64,000 nt of DNA from Paraspadella gotoi (Eukaryota; Animalia; Chaetognatha): positions 12,340,263 through 12,404,262 of the forward strand of contig CM119264.1 in assembly GCA_051294375.1 (NCBI GenBank), written 5' to 3'. The notes beneath the pieces were generated by a model. It did no database searches. It was not told the origin of the DNA and saw only the letters and a list, made by a program, of their open reading frames with translations. The translations under genes and the position numbers were made by a program. Positions 1-10,818 of the stretch are shown here, piece after piece. Every line of letters begins with the position of its first letter. Position 1 is the stretch's first letter.

Positions 1-1658
1 CAGCCTGATCTTTCTAAATTTGTCTAACAAAATGGAGTTAACACCTCGCTGTCCGTTTTCTCCTGAAACTCCTCCGAAAATCCTCGAGGAATCTATTTCT
101 TCTCTTCTTTACCGAAAGGCAAAAAGAGACGGTCAGCGTTTTTCTTTTACTCTAAATCTATTAACAACGACCTTCCCATGGCTCCTCACACAAGAGGGAC
201 ATCACTTAATTGTTATGAGAGTTCGAGAAGACGTGTCAGCATCTAAATTGTCTCGAGTCTCGTTGGTGAAGTACAAACGGCTTTCGCGCTCGGAGACTCC
301 CATATCGAATAGGTCAGGACGGGCAGGAGATAAAAATCGTAGCATAAAGTCCTTGGTGTAGCACCCAGCTCGCAGAACCTACGAAGGAACCCCGCCGGTT
401 CGTGCTCCTACTGATACGCTTCCGATAATCTTAGAGGAACCTTCTCCACCCCGGCGAGACGCTTCGGTATAACTCGGATTTTTCTGGACCCTTCATGATC
501 AAAAATATACGTGTGCTGTAAAAAAGAAAAATAAACGAGATATAATCTCAATGGTAACTGATTTTATTAAAATTATTTTTCATCAATGCCAAAAGGAAAT
601 TGTAAGAGGAGTGACAACCTGTCTGATTGATGTATCGTCCGTGACTGTAACATCTTTCCATTAGACTCACGTTAGACGTCAGCATAACAAAGACCAGGAT
701 CGGATTCCCATGCAGAGTTTCGCCATTTTGAGATTACGACTTTTGTTTTTCTCAAAATCAGAACTGACATTTTTAAAAAAGAAAAGTCAACCATAGAACG
801 AACGTAATGAACGAATGATCTTAAATAATTTTTTTTATATTTGTAACATTTTCTTTATAAAATTTTTTTAAGAGGGTCATCAAATTCTTATTTTGGAGAT
901 TACTTCTAATTCTAAAGAGGGCTCTTCGATGAATAGCCCTCAATTACCCTAGAGAAAATCGGCAAGTGGGGATGAGCCACTTTTTTATTACCCAAAAAGA
1001 CAAGTGAAAACTATGCTTAAATTAAATTAAAAAAGATATTATTCTTAAATGCTAATTAACTAGATAATATTAACAAAAGAATAGTAAATTACGTGATTTT
1101 ATGATCCATGATCTTTTGTCTAAATTGTGTGAAGGCTTTAAAAGGTTTTCGAAAGATGGAGTAATATAAATCAATAAAAAATAATGAAAGAAATCTTTGG
1201 TCCGCTGCCACGGTTGGTTTATTACGAGGTAGTACGGTAATTTATTGCCTATTTCATTTCATTTTCGTTACTGCCACTTTATTTTTATTAATAGTAATAG
1301 TACATGATTTTTGTCATGCTCTTTTACTGATATTAAAGGCTGAAATACTATGCGAAACGTGTTGTAAACGTAGGATTAAAAAAGGTTGCTGTTCAGACCT
1401 CAGTGTTCTATCATCTTCTCATTGATAAAACTGTGAAAAGTATATTTAACCAACCTTAGTCCTCTTTAATTTTAAAACGATTTACGTTTTCACGATTTTT
1501 CTGTATATCACGTGTTCTTTTTTTAGAACAGAAATACTTTTTTTTAAAAAATTTAAAGCAGTTGAAGCGAATTAGAAGAAAACGACAAAGGATAAAACCG
1601 GAAAAAAGATCTTTTTTTCTCTTGTCGCTCACGCCTGTAGCTAGCACCCTCAGCCAAG

Positions 1659-4600
1659 ATGCAAATTACGTTAAAAACCCTACAACAAAACACTTTTAAA
1701 GTGGACATCGACGCGGGGGAGACGGTCATGGCTCTCAAGAAGCGAATCGAGGCGGAAAAGGGCGTCGACGCCTTTCCCGCCGATGCCCAGAAACTAATCT
1801 ATGCTGGGAAGATATTGGCAGACGAGAATACCGTCGCCAGTTACAAGATCGAGGAGAGCAACTTCGTGGTAGTGATGGTAAGCAAGCCCAAGGCAAAACC
1901 CGCTGCTGCCGCAGCCGCTAGCCCTGCTAGCGCCACCACCGCCTCTAACGAACCGGTGCCGACCCCTGTGGCCACTGAGTCTGCGCCTGTCGCCGCCGCC
2001 CCTAAGGAAGAAACGCCGGCCGAAACCAACAAGGAAGAAGATACGGCGTCCAAGGAGCAAACGGGAACCGAATCCGCCGACTCTCTGCCGACGATCGAGT
2101 CGCCTACGAGGTGATTTCGGCTCATAGGGCGTATTTGATGTGCAAAATTTGTGAATTGCTCAGTTTGGTTTGTTAAAAGACGATATATTTCACGTATTTG
2201 AAAACTTTTTAGGTGACATCCGTAGTATTATTATCCTTTGTTTGGTATAACCATTTTCCCTTCTAAATATTAGGAAGACAATTTCGATTCGGAATAATTT
2301 GGTACTGAATCACTTTGTTAATTAAAATATAATATTGAAACCGAGTTTGTCAGATCACTTGTTTATTATTAATTTTTTTTGGCTTGTTTTTGAAAACTGT
2401 CTGAGAAATGGATTTCTAATAAATTTACAAGACAAAGCTAGTTCAAAATCCCTTTCAATTTCCAGCTTAACGTCGGCGGAAAGCGCTCTGGTTACTGGTT
2501 CCGAGTACGAAACTATGGTGTCTGAAATTTGCACCATGGGTTTTGAAAGAGAACAGGTGAGCCCCCGAATATATTTCTTTTTTTGGATTACTATTCGACG
2601 TCCGCAACCAACTTTAGGTACCAGCTGTCGGTGGTTTGTTAATACATTTAATTTTGTTTTCCCTCTCGCGTCGAATCTCAGTTTGCCCAGTAATGTACAA
2701 TTTTTTTAAATTTTATAATAAATAATAGTTTTCAATTTATTTTATTTTATATGTTTATGTTTGAGGTTGAAAATGAATTGTTTGCTGAATGTTGATGTAC
2801 GAGTTTTATTAAGAAAAATAAATTTTCTTCAAACTTCAATGTAAGCCTTCATCAGCGCAAAAACGAATTTACTTGTGAAACAAATATTTTTACAGACTCT
2901 CTTCAAACTTTGTGAAAATATTTTTTACACAAATCAATTCGTTTTTGGGCTGATGAAGGCTTACATTGAATCCGGAATATGTCCGAAATTTATATTTTTT
3001 AATAGAAAGTTTGATTTGTTTACATTGAATCCGGAATATGTCCGAAATTTATATTTTTTAATAGAAAATTTGATTTCTTTACAACAAATTTTATTCAAGC
3101 CTTCTTCAGCGCCAAAAGTGGTTTTGAAAATTGACAGATTTTTGACTAAAAGAAGAGAGAAAGAAAGAGAGATAGGGCAAAGTTTCCAAACCAGATTGAG
3201 AAAGGACAGTGGTCAATTGGTGAGGACAGGTCAAAGTTAGGGACAGACAGAATCCCGGTCTATTTCTCATTTCCTCCCTTTTTATCAAGGTTGTCAGAGC
3301 GTTGCGAGCGTCCTTCAACAACCCCGATCGAGCGATTGAGTACCTTCTGTCTGGCATCCCTCTCGGCACCGGGCTCGCCGAGGCTGCTGATCAGCCGCCC
3401 CCTTCGGCGAATGAGCCGCGAACCACCCCAGCCCCGGCCGCCGCGGCCGCCGCAGCAGCCGCGGCCGCCGCTACAGCCACGCCTCGGCAGGTTAATTGGA
3501 AACTTGTGCACTGTAAAGCTTTCTTTATTACGTTCTTATTATAAGAAATTGGTAAGTAGTCTATCAAAAGTCAGGTTTAAGATAGTTAAATTATTAAATA
3601 AATAGGTAATTTTAATATTAGTCGTACAATTTCTTAGATTCAAGGGGTAACTGCGAACAGAGATAACGAGCGTTAAACTTTATATATGTAGCTTTCCTCT
3701 AAAATAAGACCAGCGGCCTATGGTATGGGAAAAGGAAGAGCAACGTTTCTTTAAATAAATCTTAAAACGTCAGAATTAAAAGTTTTTTTTTCAAATTTTT
3801 GACGAAAGAAACCGAAGGATTAAGATATTTGTATCATAATTTTAAATATCAGTTATTTTTTATTGATAATTTATTTAAATTAGGGTTAATTAATTACCAC
3901 ATTTAAGGAAAAACTCATGGATTTCTAGGTCGAAATCAACACGATTTTATTCTGAGTAAAACTAAGGTGACAGTGAGACGCACGCAGGAGTCTGAATCAA
4001 TGCTACTGAAACTAAGAGATAACTAAATCTATTTATACCAAAAGATGGGATCAGAGGCAAGAGTGATTTTGACAATTCCATTGTTTCTGCAAGCTGATTT
4101 TGGTCGGTTCCGATTCCGTCTCAGCCAATCAGCGTTCAGTGATTCCATTCTGGCGGCGATTGCCCGATCCTGCGATCCGTTTTGGATTTTGGTGAGATTG
4201 ATCTGCGATGGTATGCTAAGGAAAGATAAAAATAAAGGGTATAATTAAAGCTTATGGGTAATAATCTAGGAAAAAAGTAAATCACATAATTGTTAAAAAG
4301 TAAAAAATATACAAAACATGGTGTGCACTTCCTCGGTATCGACTACTACTTCCCTCCATCTTGGCATGTTCTCGTTCAGCGAATTGAGTTTTGACGGTGA
4401 TATATTTTTCCACACTTTTAACGCGAGTCCAATTCTATTGCTGATAAATTGTTGCGACTTTCCCTATTTTCTGAGAGCAACCATAGCTGCGAAAAATATA
4501 AAATTGTTGTTAAAATACAGGGAGGTCCAGTTCTTTGCTTCTCTTTCTTACATTTTCATTAATCAGGGGGATTGAGTGAAAAAAAGTCCGAAGTTATTAT

Positions 4601-5807
4601 GCTTCTTGATTTTCGCCAAAATTTGTTAAAATTATAATGTAGCTGAACCTCCTTGTATTCAAAATTTTTTCTGTAAAGAAATTTTCTTTCTCTTTCTTAA
4701 CTTCCTCTTCCTTTTCCCATAGGACGCTGGAGGGGGTCTAAAATAAATGATGACCCATAAATAGTACTTATGACGAACTAAGAGTAACACAGAAGGTATC
4801 TGCATCTTTCCTTACTTTTACAAAACGCTATGTACCTTGCCGACTGCCCTCCCTACTTTTCACTCATCCGTTATATACTTTTAATACTTTATCCTAAACC
4901 GCTTAACCTAGGGAAGTGAATCGTCAACTGAGGGTGACCATCCTTTAAGCTTTCTCCGAAGTCAGCCGCAGTTCGCTCAAATGCGCGCTCTCGTCCAACA
5001 AAATCCCTCGTTACTCCCTGCTGTTTTGCAGCAACTGGGTACATTAAAATGTTTTACTTTTTGAATTTCATTACATTAATTTTTAACAATTCTCATTCAA
5101 GGCACTACGAACCCTCAGTTGTTGCAACTTATTAACGACCATCAGCACAGATTCATCGAAATGCTGAACGAAGGATCCGACCCCGCTGGCGGTGGAGCCG
5201 GAGCGGGTGGAGGTAGGGCATCTCTTCGAGAAGTATAAATTTTTTTTTCAAATACTACAACTGTTTTATAAAATTCGGCTCTAGTAGCACCTGCGTCTCC
5301 GGCTGGTTTGTTAGACCTGAACCGAGGCGGCGGCGGAGGCGGTAGCGGAGGCGGGGGTGGCGGCGGCGGTGGATCTGGTGGGTCCGGAAACTATATTCAA
5401 GTAACACCAGAGGAAAAACAGGCCATCGAAAGACTTAAAGATTTAGGATTTCCAGAGTCGCTTGTCATTCAGGTACTATGACAAATTGCAACTTAGGTGA
5501 TTTGCCCGTATGATGGGTTTGAACTATTGGCGGGAGAACTAACTAAAAAATCTATATTGTATGGTAACTAAATACTATAGTATACTGAATTAATTGGTTT
5601 CATTTAGAAGGAAACGTCAGAGAAAGCGAGTTGTAGTTCTTTATCTTTGGGGAAGAACAGCAATGAGACGATAGTGTTTCTTTATAAAAATCTGTACAGA
5701 TGACTGTAAAGATGACTTCATTCTTTTTACAGGCGTACTTTGCTTGCGAAAAGAACGAAGACCTTGCCGCGAATTTCCTCCTCTCCCAAAATTTCGAAGA
5801 CGATTGA
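1659..5807 (+). CDS. RAD23: UV excision repair protein RAD23 homolog. Exons 1659-2110, 2466-2556, 3290-3490, 4912-5038, 5102-5212, 5285(or 5288)-5472, 5733-5807; ~414 aa
   Basis: N-terminal UbL ([18 protein letters not shown]...[12 protein letters not shown]). UBA1 split over exons 2-3 ([25 protein letters not shown]|[24 protein letters not shown]). XPC-binding/STI1 region ([34 protein letters not shown]|[23 protein letters not shown]). UBA2 ([27 protein letters not shown]|[24 protein letters not shown]). All introns are GT-AG with consistent phases, and the exon sum of 1245 nt is divisible by 3. Confidence 0.97.
2835..3115. mobile_element. Penelope-like retroelement relic in RAD23 intron 2, with a degenerate hammerhead motif in inverted and tandem arrangement
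   Basis: CTGATGA-A-GGCTT-acattg-AATCC-GGAA-TATGTC at 2950-2983 (+). Inverted partial copy at 2835-2869, a 59-bp tandem duplication (2962-3020 / 3021-3079), and a further partial minus copy near 3096-3115. Confidence 0.6.
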
Positions 5808-5908
5808 ATGTTTTTCATTTTCCTTCCCAGTAAAGTTAGTCTTTTTTTTTCTTCATTTTTTTTTTTTGGTTGGTTGTCTTTCTTTATTTCTTTCATCTTT
5901 TTTTTACT

Positions 5909-5914
5909 AATAAA
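5909..5914 (+). terminator. Candidate polyadenylation signal for RAD23
   Basis: AATAAA ~100 nt after the stop codon in U-rich sequence. Further AATAAA hexamers lie near 6194 and 6256. Confidence 0.45.
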
Positions 5915-6599
5915 GTTAAAATATTCAAAAATAATTTCATGCTGATGTAAATTTTAAAAGTTTTAACGTAATCAGTTGGTACAAATATTTTGTTGTAGTT
6001 GTATTTTTCGTTTTTTTTTTTCTTAAACATTGCCGGTGTTATGTTTTGAGCGCGAAAACCGGAAAAATTTGTTTGGGGAGGATTGAAAAAGATACTTGGT
6101 CCGTTGTTAAAAAAAATCATACCTTAACCGTTAACGAGCGAGAAACATTTTTAGTGATGATTGCCGAGTCGCCAAGTTTTTGTGACCTTCTCTAATAAAT
6201 TTCTATATGGAGCCTTGAGAAAATGCTCCCATCGTTTTTTATTTCGTTGGTATAGAATAAAAACAATTCGCTAGTTTTTGAACGAAATTTATGCGTTAGA
6301 TAAATAGCTTTATTCATTGTGGTGAAGTCGCCAAACTACTATTATTATTGTATTTTTTTAAAATTATAAACTTATGGATTCAAAAAATATGTGAATAAAT
6401 ATTTTTATTTTGTAGCTTTAAAAAACAAAAGTAACTGATCGATATGTTTATGGGATATCTACCTGTCCGAAAATAGATAGTGAATGTTTATTCCACTTAA
6501 TTCTGTATGAACCTACCATATTACTATAATACCATCTTTTCATACAATCGAATCATTCTTTTAAATATTATGCCACTTCATTGATAGGGAATCTAGGTA

Positions 6600-6750
6600 A
6601 TCAGAGAGTCTGTGAGTCTTGATTAAACGCTTGCAGGGACTGGATGCCTAAAACCACAAAAGCCTGTCTCAAGTATTTTGCAAGATAGCTTATTATTAAA
6701 TGAATGGATAATTTTTATATAGGTTCCAATTTCTAATAATAATAATAACT
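6600..6750 (+). mobile_element. Short dispersed SINE-like repeat with (TAA)n tail; related copies at 7585-7820 (+), 17945-17970 (+, partial), 24474-24567 (-), 36650-36770 (-)
   Basis: Shared core GCCTAAAACCACAAAAGCCTGTC...GCAAGATAGCTTATTATTAAATGAATGGATAATTTTTATAT is recognisable, in whole or part, at these loci. Confidence 0.6.
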
Positions 6751-7083
6751 ACACAATAATTTCGCCCCACCATGTGATTCTGCGTTGATGTCACTAAAGA
6801 AATACCTCTGATCATATACAAATATAGCTTTAAAAAGCCTCGTTGATTAGCAATAGTTCTTGACAGAAAAAAAAAAACACACTAGCGGAAGCTGCACTGT
6901 CCTTCAGAAACCGAGATATCTCACACCTTCGCTTCTGTCAATTTCACCTCTAATTCTGTGGTTGATGCCAATATTATTTTTAACCTGACGTAGTTTTCAT
7001 TTTTGCCTAAAACTGTTAACTCAAAAAGCTAAATAAAAAAAATAACGACAAAATGATGATCATCCGACATTGCGACTTTAACA

Positions 7084-10000
7084 ATGTTTAATATCAAACA
7101 TTCAGAAGCCTTTTTTACAATTTTTGGCGTTTTCGTCACCTTCGTGATTCAGCCGAGATGCGCGTCGGAATCCGGTAAGGTGGGTCTAAACTGGGCATAG
7201 TTTTTATGCAAACGTTTATTATTTTCCTGCATTCTAATACTTGTTGGAAAGTGGCTGACATCATTTTACTGACAACGGCTGTAGCCATTATTTTATTCAT
7301 TATTTTTAAATAAATTATTAGCAAAACCCGCACCATTTTTTATATAAGTATATGAAAAGCTATCAAATTCCTATTATAAACATATAACTTTGGTTTTGTT
7401 TTAAAGATTTGGGAACTAAATTAGAGCAAGATGCGTTGGCAAAAGTTTACGAAGGAATTCTTGGTCTTCAAGCGGCAAAAAAATTAAAAAACGAGGAAGA
7501 TGACGTTTTATCTGAAACTGTGGACAATCTCGTCAATGCCTTCAGTCTCAATCGGCTTGCTTGGAAAAGAGGTCATAACCACATACTGCCTAATATCCAT
7601 AGCCTGTCCAAAGCCGGAGGCAAAATTTGTTTGTTTATTAAATGAATAAATAATTTGGCACTAATTTATTTTCAGCGACTGGAACCGAGCCGGTCGTCGA
7701 GAGTAAAATAAATTTGACCGATTTCACAAATATTACATACATATATACAAATATATATATACAAATATTATATACATATTAAATGAATGGATAATTTTTA
7801 TATTGGTTGTACCAATTTCATAAACAAAGTTTATAAACAGTTGGGCATGATTCCCCGATTAAACAATAAACATACGTATGTCAGTTGATACGGGATATTA
7901 AAATAAATGGAATGGATTAAATAAATTTGCAATTAACTCGAGCTGAATAAATAATAATAAATAATTCGTTTTACCATTCTAATCCCAAAGCTCAGTTGAT
8001 CATTATTTGTCGGCAGATGCTGAAAAGTCGGGTTCCCCGGGGGTTAATGAACCAAGGGCTTCGGCAATGTTTCCATCTCCCCAATCTACTGCAATCACAA
8101 ATTTAAACCGACGACCGTCATCGCTTTTCAAAACCGATCATCAGACGAATGGATTTAATAATGCTTATGAAAGTCCCAAAAATACTTGGTATACTTTCCC
8201 AAAGTGAGTGGTAAAATTACAATCGTGACAAATGTTTATTCTTTATTATTACATGAAAATTAGTATTTAACCGTTTTTCCATTAGAAATATCATTCAAAG
8301 CCAACGTCTTCTGCTTCGTGCTGGCTCTACAACTCAAAATGATTTAGGTGGGAGGCCTGAGGGCCAATCATCGATTGAAGTTCGTAATAAATAGTTCTTG
8401 CTTTGGTTCAGTTTGTTTTAGTTTGGTTCAGTGTATTAACACGAAGCAATTTTTCTTTGTCTTAGAACCGGTACAAAAACCGATCGCCGGAAATCTTGGA
8501 AATTTCGTGCCTGGAACAATGGGTCGATGGGCTGGACAAAAAGTAAGTCCAACAGACTATATCTTAGAGATCTGTCGATGGAATTCTCACGATTCCTCTC
8601 GCGCAGTTGTTTTTGGTTTATTCTACGACTTTCCCTTCGGTTTTCAATGTTCCATATATGGTCTGTCGAAAAAAACTTTTTCTGCGCGCCTATTTATAAG
8701 TTCAGAAATTCTCTCGCGAAATCTTGGATTATTATATGTTCATTTTAATTATTAATTAAGAAACTAATCAACTATAATAACCGCTAAGAAGTGACAATTA
8801 ATTCCAATAATTTAGAATTCCGTTTCATTTTGACTCTTAGTGGTGGAAACCTCCATCGGCGGTTGACCACTTGAAGTGGAACAGTGTAAAAGCAGGATCC
8901 ACATTAATTTCCACGGCTAACGCGCAGCCCAATTTAATTGGGCCCAATCGAAATGGAAATCCGTCCCAACCCGCCATTAATTGGGCTAACCGCCATTTGG
9001 CTAAAACCGCATGCAGAGATTCAACAATCATCTAGTTCATCAGACTCCTTCCATTTCCGTCACGGACAACGAAAAGTTCATTCGCTGGCGGGACAACGGG
9101 CGGGAGTTTGTGCCGGTGGAAGCGGCTGCAGTTCCGTCGACGGCGGGGACGCAAGCTCCTCGGTTTCCGTCGACGGGTATTTCGCCGACCAGGGCGGAGG
9201 CGCGACCCTATCCGGCTTACTTTTCTTGGCGTAGATTTGTTGCCTCGAATTCAGCTCGGCCCGGTCTCAATCAGGGTATCCGCCCCTCAAACGACCAGTC
9301 TTCCGCTGGGTGGGCAAGATTCTTACCAGAAAATTTGCCGAATAAATCTGAATTATCGAGGACGAAACCGGCCGCCGATTGGACCAAGTTTTTACCAGAA
9401 AATATTTCCAATGTCGGAAAGAAGGAGGAACCTGGTGAGGGACGATATATGTTACTTAAGTAAAAATAATAATATAAAATGCCTTTTTATCATTATTAAA
9501 GTCTCATTCCTTTCATTCAGCTGTCATTGCACCCAAAAATTTAACTAATGATAACGGATTCGTTATAATCCGAGAAAAGTGGATTCCCTTTTATAAACCT
9601 ACCCAAGGATTAGGTAACATTATTCACCTGTTGTCATGTAGTCACACAGAACATTTTAAGCGAACTCCCTTTTATGAGATTTTCGACTTAATTTTGCAGA
9701 AATGCCATGTCGAAAGGGTCATGTATTCGTCCACGTACACAAGTAAGAAATTTTTAAATTTTTGAAACTGATTCAGATAAGCAAAAAATGTTTTTCTTCA
9801 ACGAGTTTTATTTAGAATATAAACAGACTCTGTATCGAGTCTTCATCATCGAAACAGAGTCGAAAAACGTCTTTTTCTATTCTAAATAAAACTCGTTGTT
9901 GAAGGAAAACATTTTTTGCTAATATCAAACAACGAAAGCGAAAGGAAAACTGATACTTATTTACATAAAATTTGAGATTAACTTTTAGTACAACAAACAA

Positions 10001-10818
10001 AAGTTTAGCACGATATGTTACTTTTCCCCAATAACCCCATTCTGTTAAGTTGTTAATATTGAAAATAAATATGGCAAGAGCCGGTTTGCCTGTGATGCCC
10101 AGTGGGATGGGGCATCTCACTGTTGTTCCGCCTGCCACGGGCGCGGTTACCCTAGGACAGTCTCGCTTGCCAACGCAGAGGGTAGTCGTTAGTACTGGAT
10201 GGAACGCAACGCCTGGGATGGTGCGTTCCCCCTATGAGCCAATGGGATTGGCTAAACTATGGTGGATGTGAGGCGATAGGGATAATAACTGGATATACCG
10301 CCACAACATGGTGATTATTTTTTCATAAAAATCTAGAAATTACTAATTTCAGTTCCAAAGTTTGTTTGGGGGACAAACGACGCGCCGCGATTTCTTCCCC
10401 ACGCCTTCGTAGCGCTCTTGCACCGCTACGTCTCTGGCGCCGGGATCATCGCTGCGGTCCCGAAGCACCCCCAGTCGATGACAACGCCGCCGTTGACGCG
10501 AACGACCAAGAACCGCAGTGCAATCCCTTAGGGTCTATGTACTGCTGCTCGCCTTTTGGTTACTGCGGCGTAACTAAAGATCATTGCGACTGCGACGGCT
10601 GCAAGAACTACAAGAAGGTTCCTCTTATGTACGTGAGAATTGCTATGCAATTAATACCAATTTTTAGATTATTTCTAATAATAAAATCGACCCAATTTCA
10701 GTAACTTTTTTTACAGAATAAACCTTCCGACGCGGGAAATCAAGCTCACTCGTCGGTGATTGCAGAAATTAAACTCCATACCGTATATTACAAGTTCACT
10801 ACGCCATTATTTAAATAA
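7084..10818 (+). CDS. Uncharacterised, probably secreted protein with a C-terminal hevein-like (chitin-binding type-1/CBM18-like) domain. Exons 7084-7174, 7407-7571, (7676-7702 optional), 8017-8203, 8286-8347, 8466-8542, 8841-9434 (1-nt frameshift at ~9003-9006), 9521-9613, 9700-9742, 10353-10632, 10717-10818; ~570 aa
   Basis: Hydrophobic N-terminus (MFNIKHSEAFFTIFGVFVTFVIQPRCASES) ends at a GTAAG donor. A chain of GT-AG introns with matching phases links ORF-track segments 7409, 8007, 8348, 9011 and 10366. The Cys-rich module WRRDHRCG...QCNPLGSMYCCSPFGYCGVTKDHCDCDGCKNY lies at 10435-10611, and AATAAA at 10828. The last donor (10618, 10629 or 10633) and the micro-exon are uncertain. Confidence 0.75.

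Noticed and set aside
20-361. 113-aa plus-strand ORF at the window start
   Set aside because: No recognisable domain, non-ATG start in the track, and nearby splice signals point to the opposite strand.
7619-7626. GC-AG donor (AG|GCAAAA) extending exon 2 of the hevein-domain gene
   Set aside because: It lies within a dispersed repeat, and a same-phase canonical GT donor exists at 7572.
10137-10150. CGGGCGCGGT resembling the 7SL/SRP RNA 5' end
   Set aside because: Only ~10 nt match; the rest of the Alu and S domains is absent.
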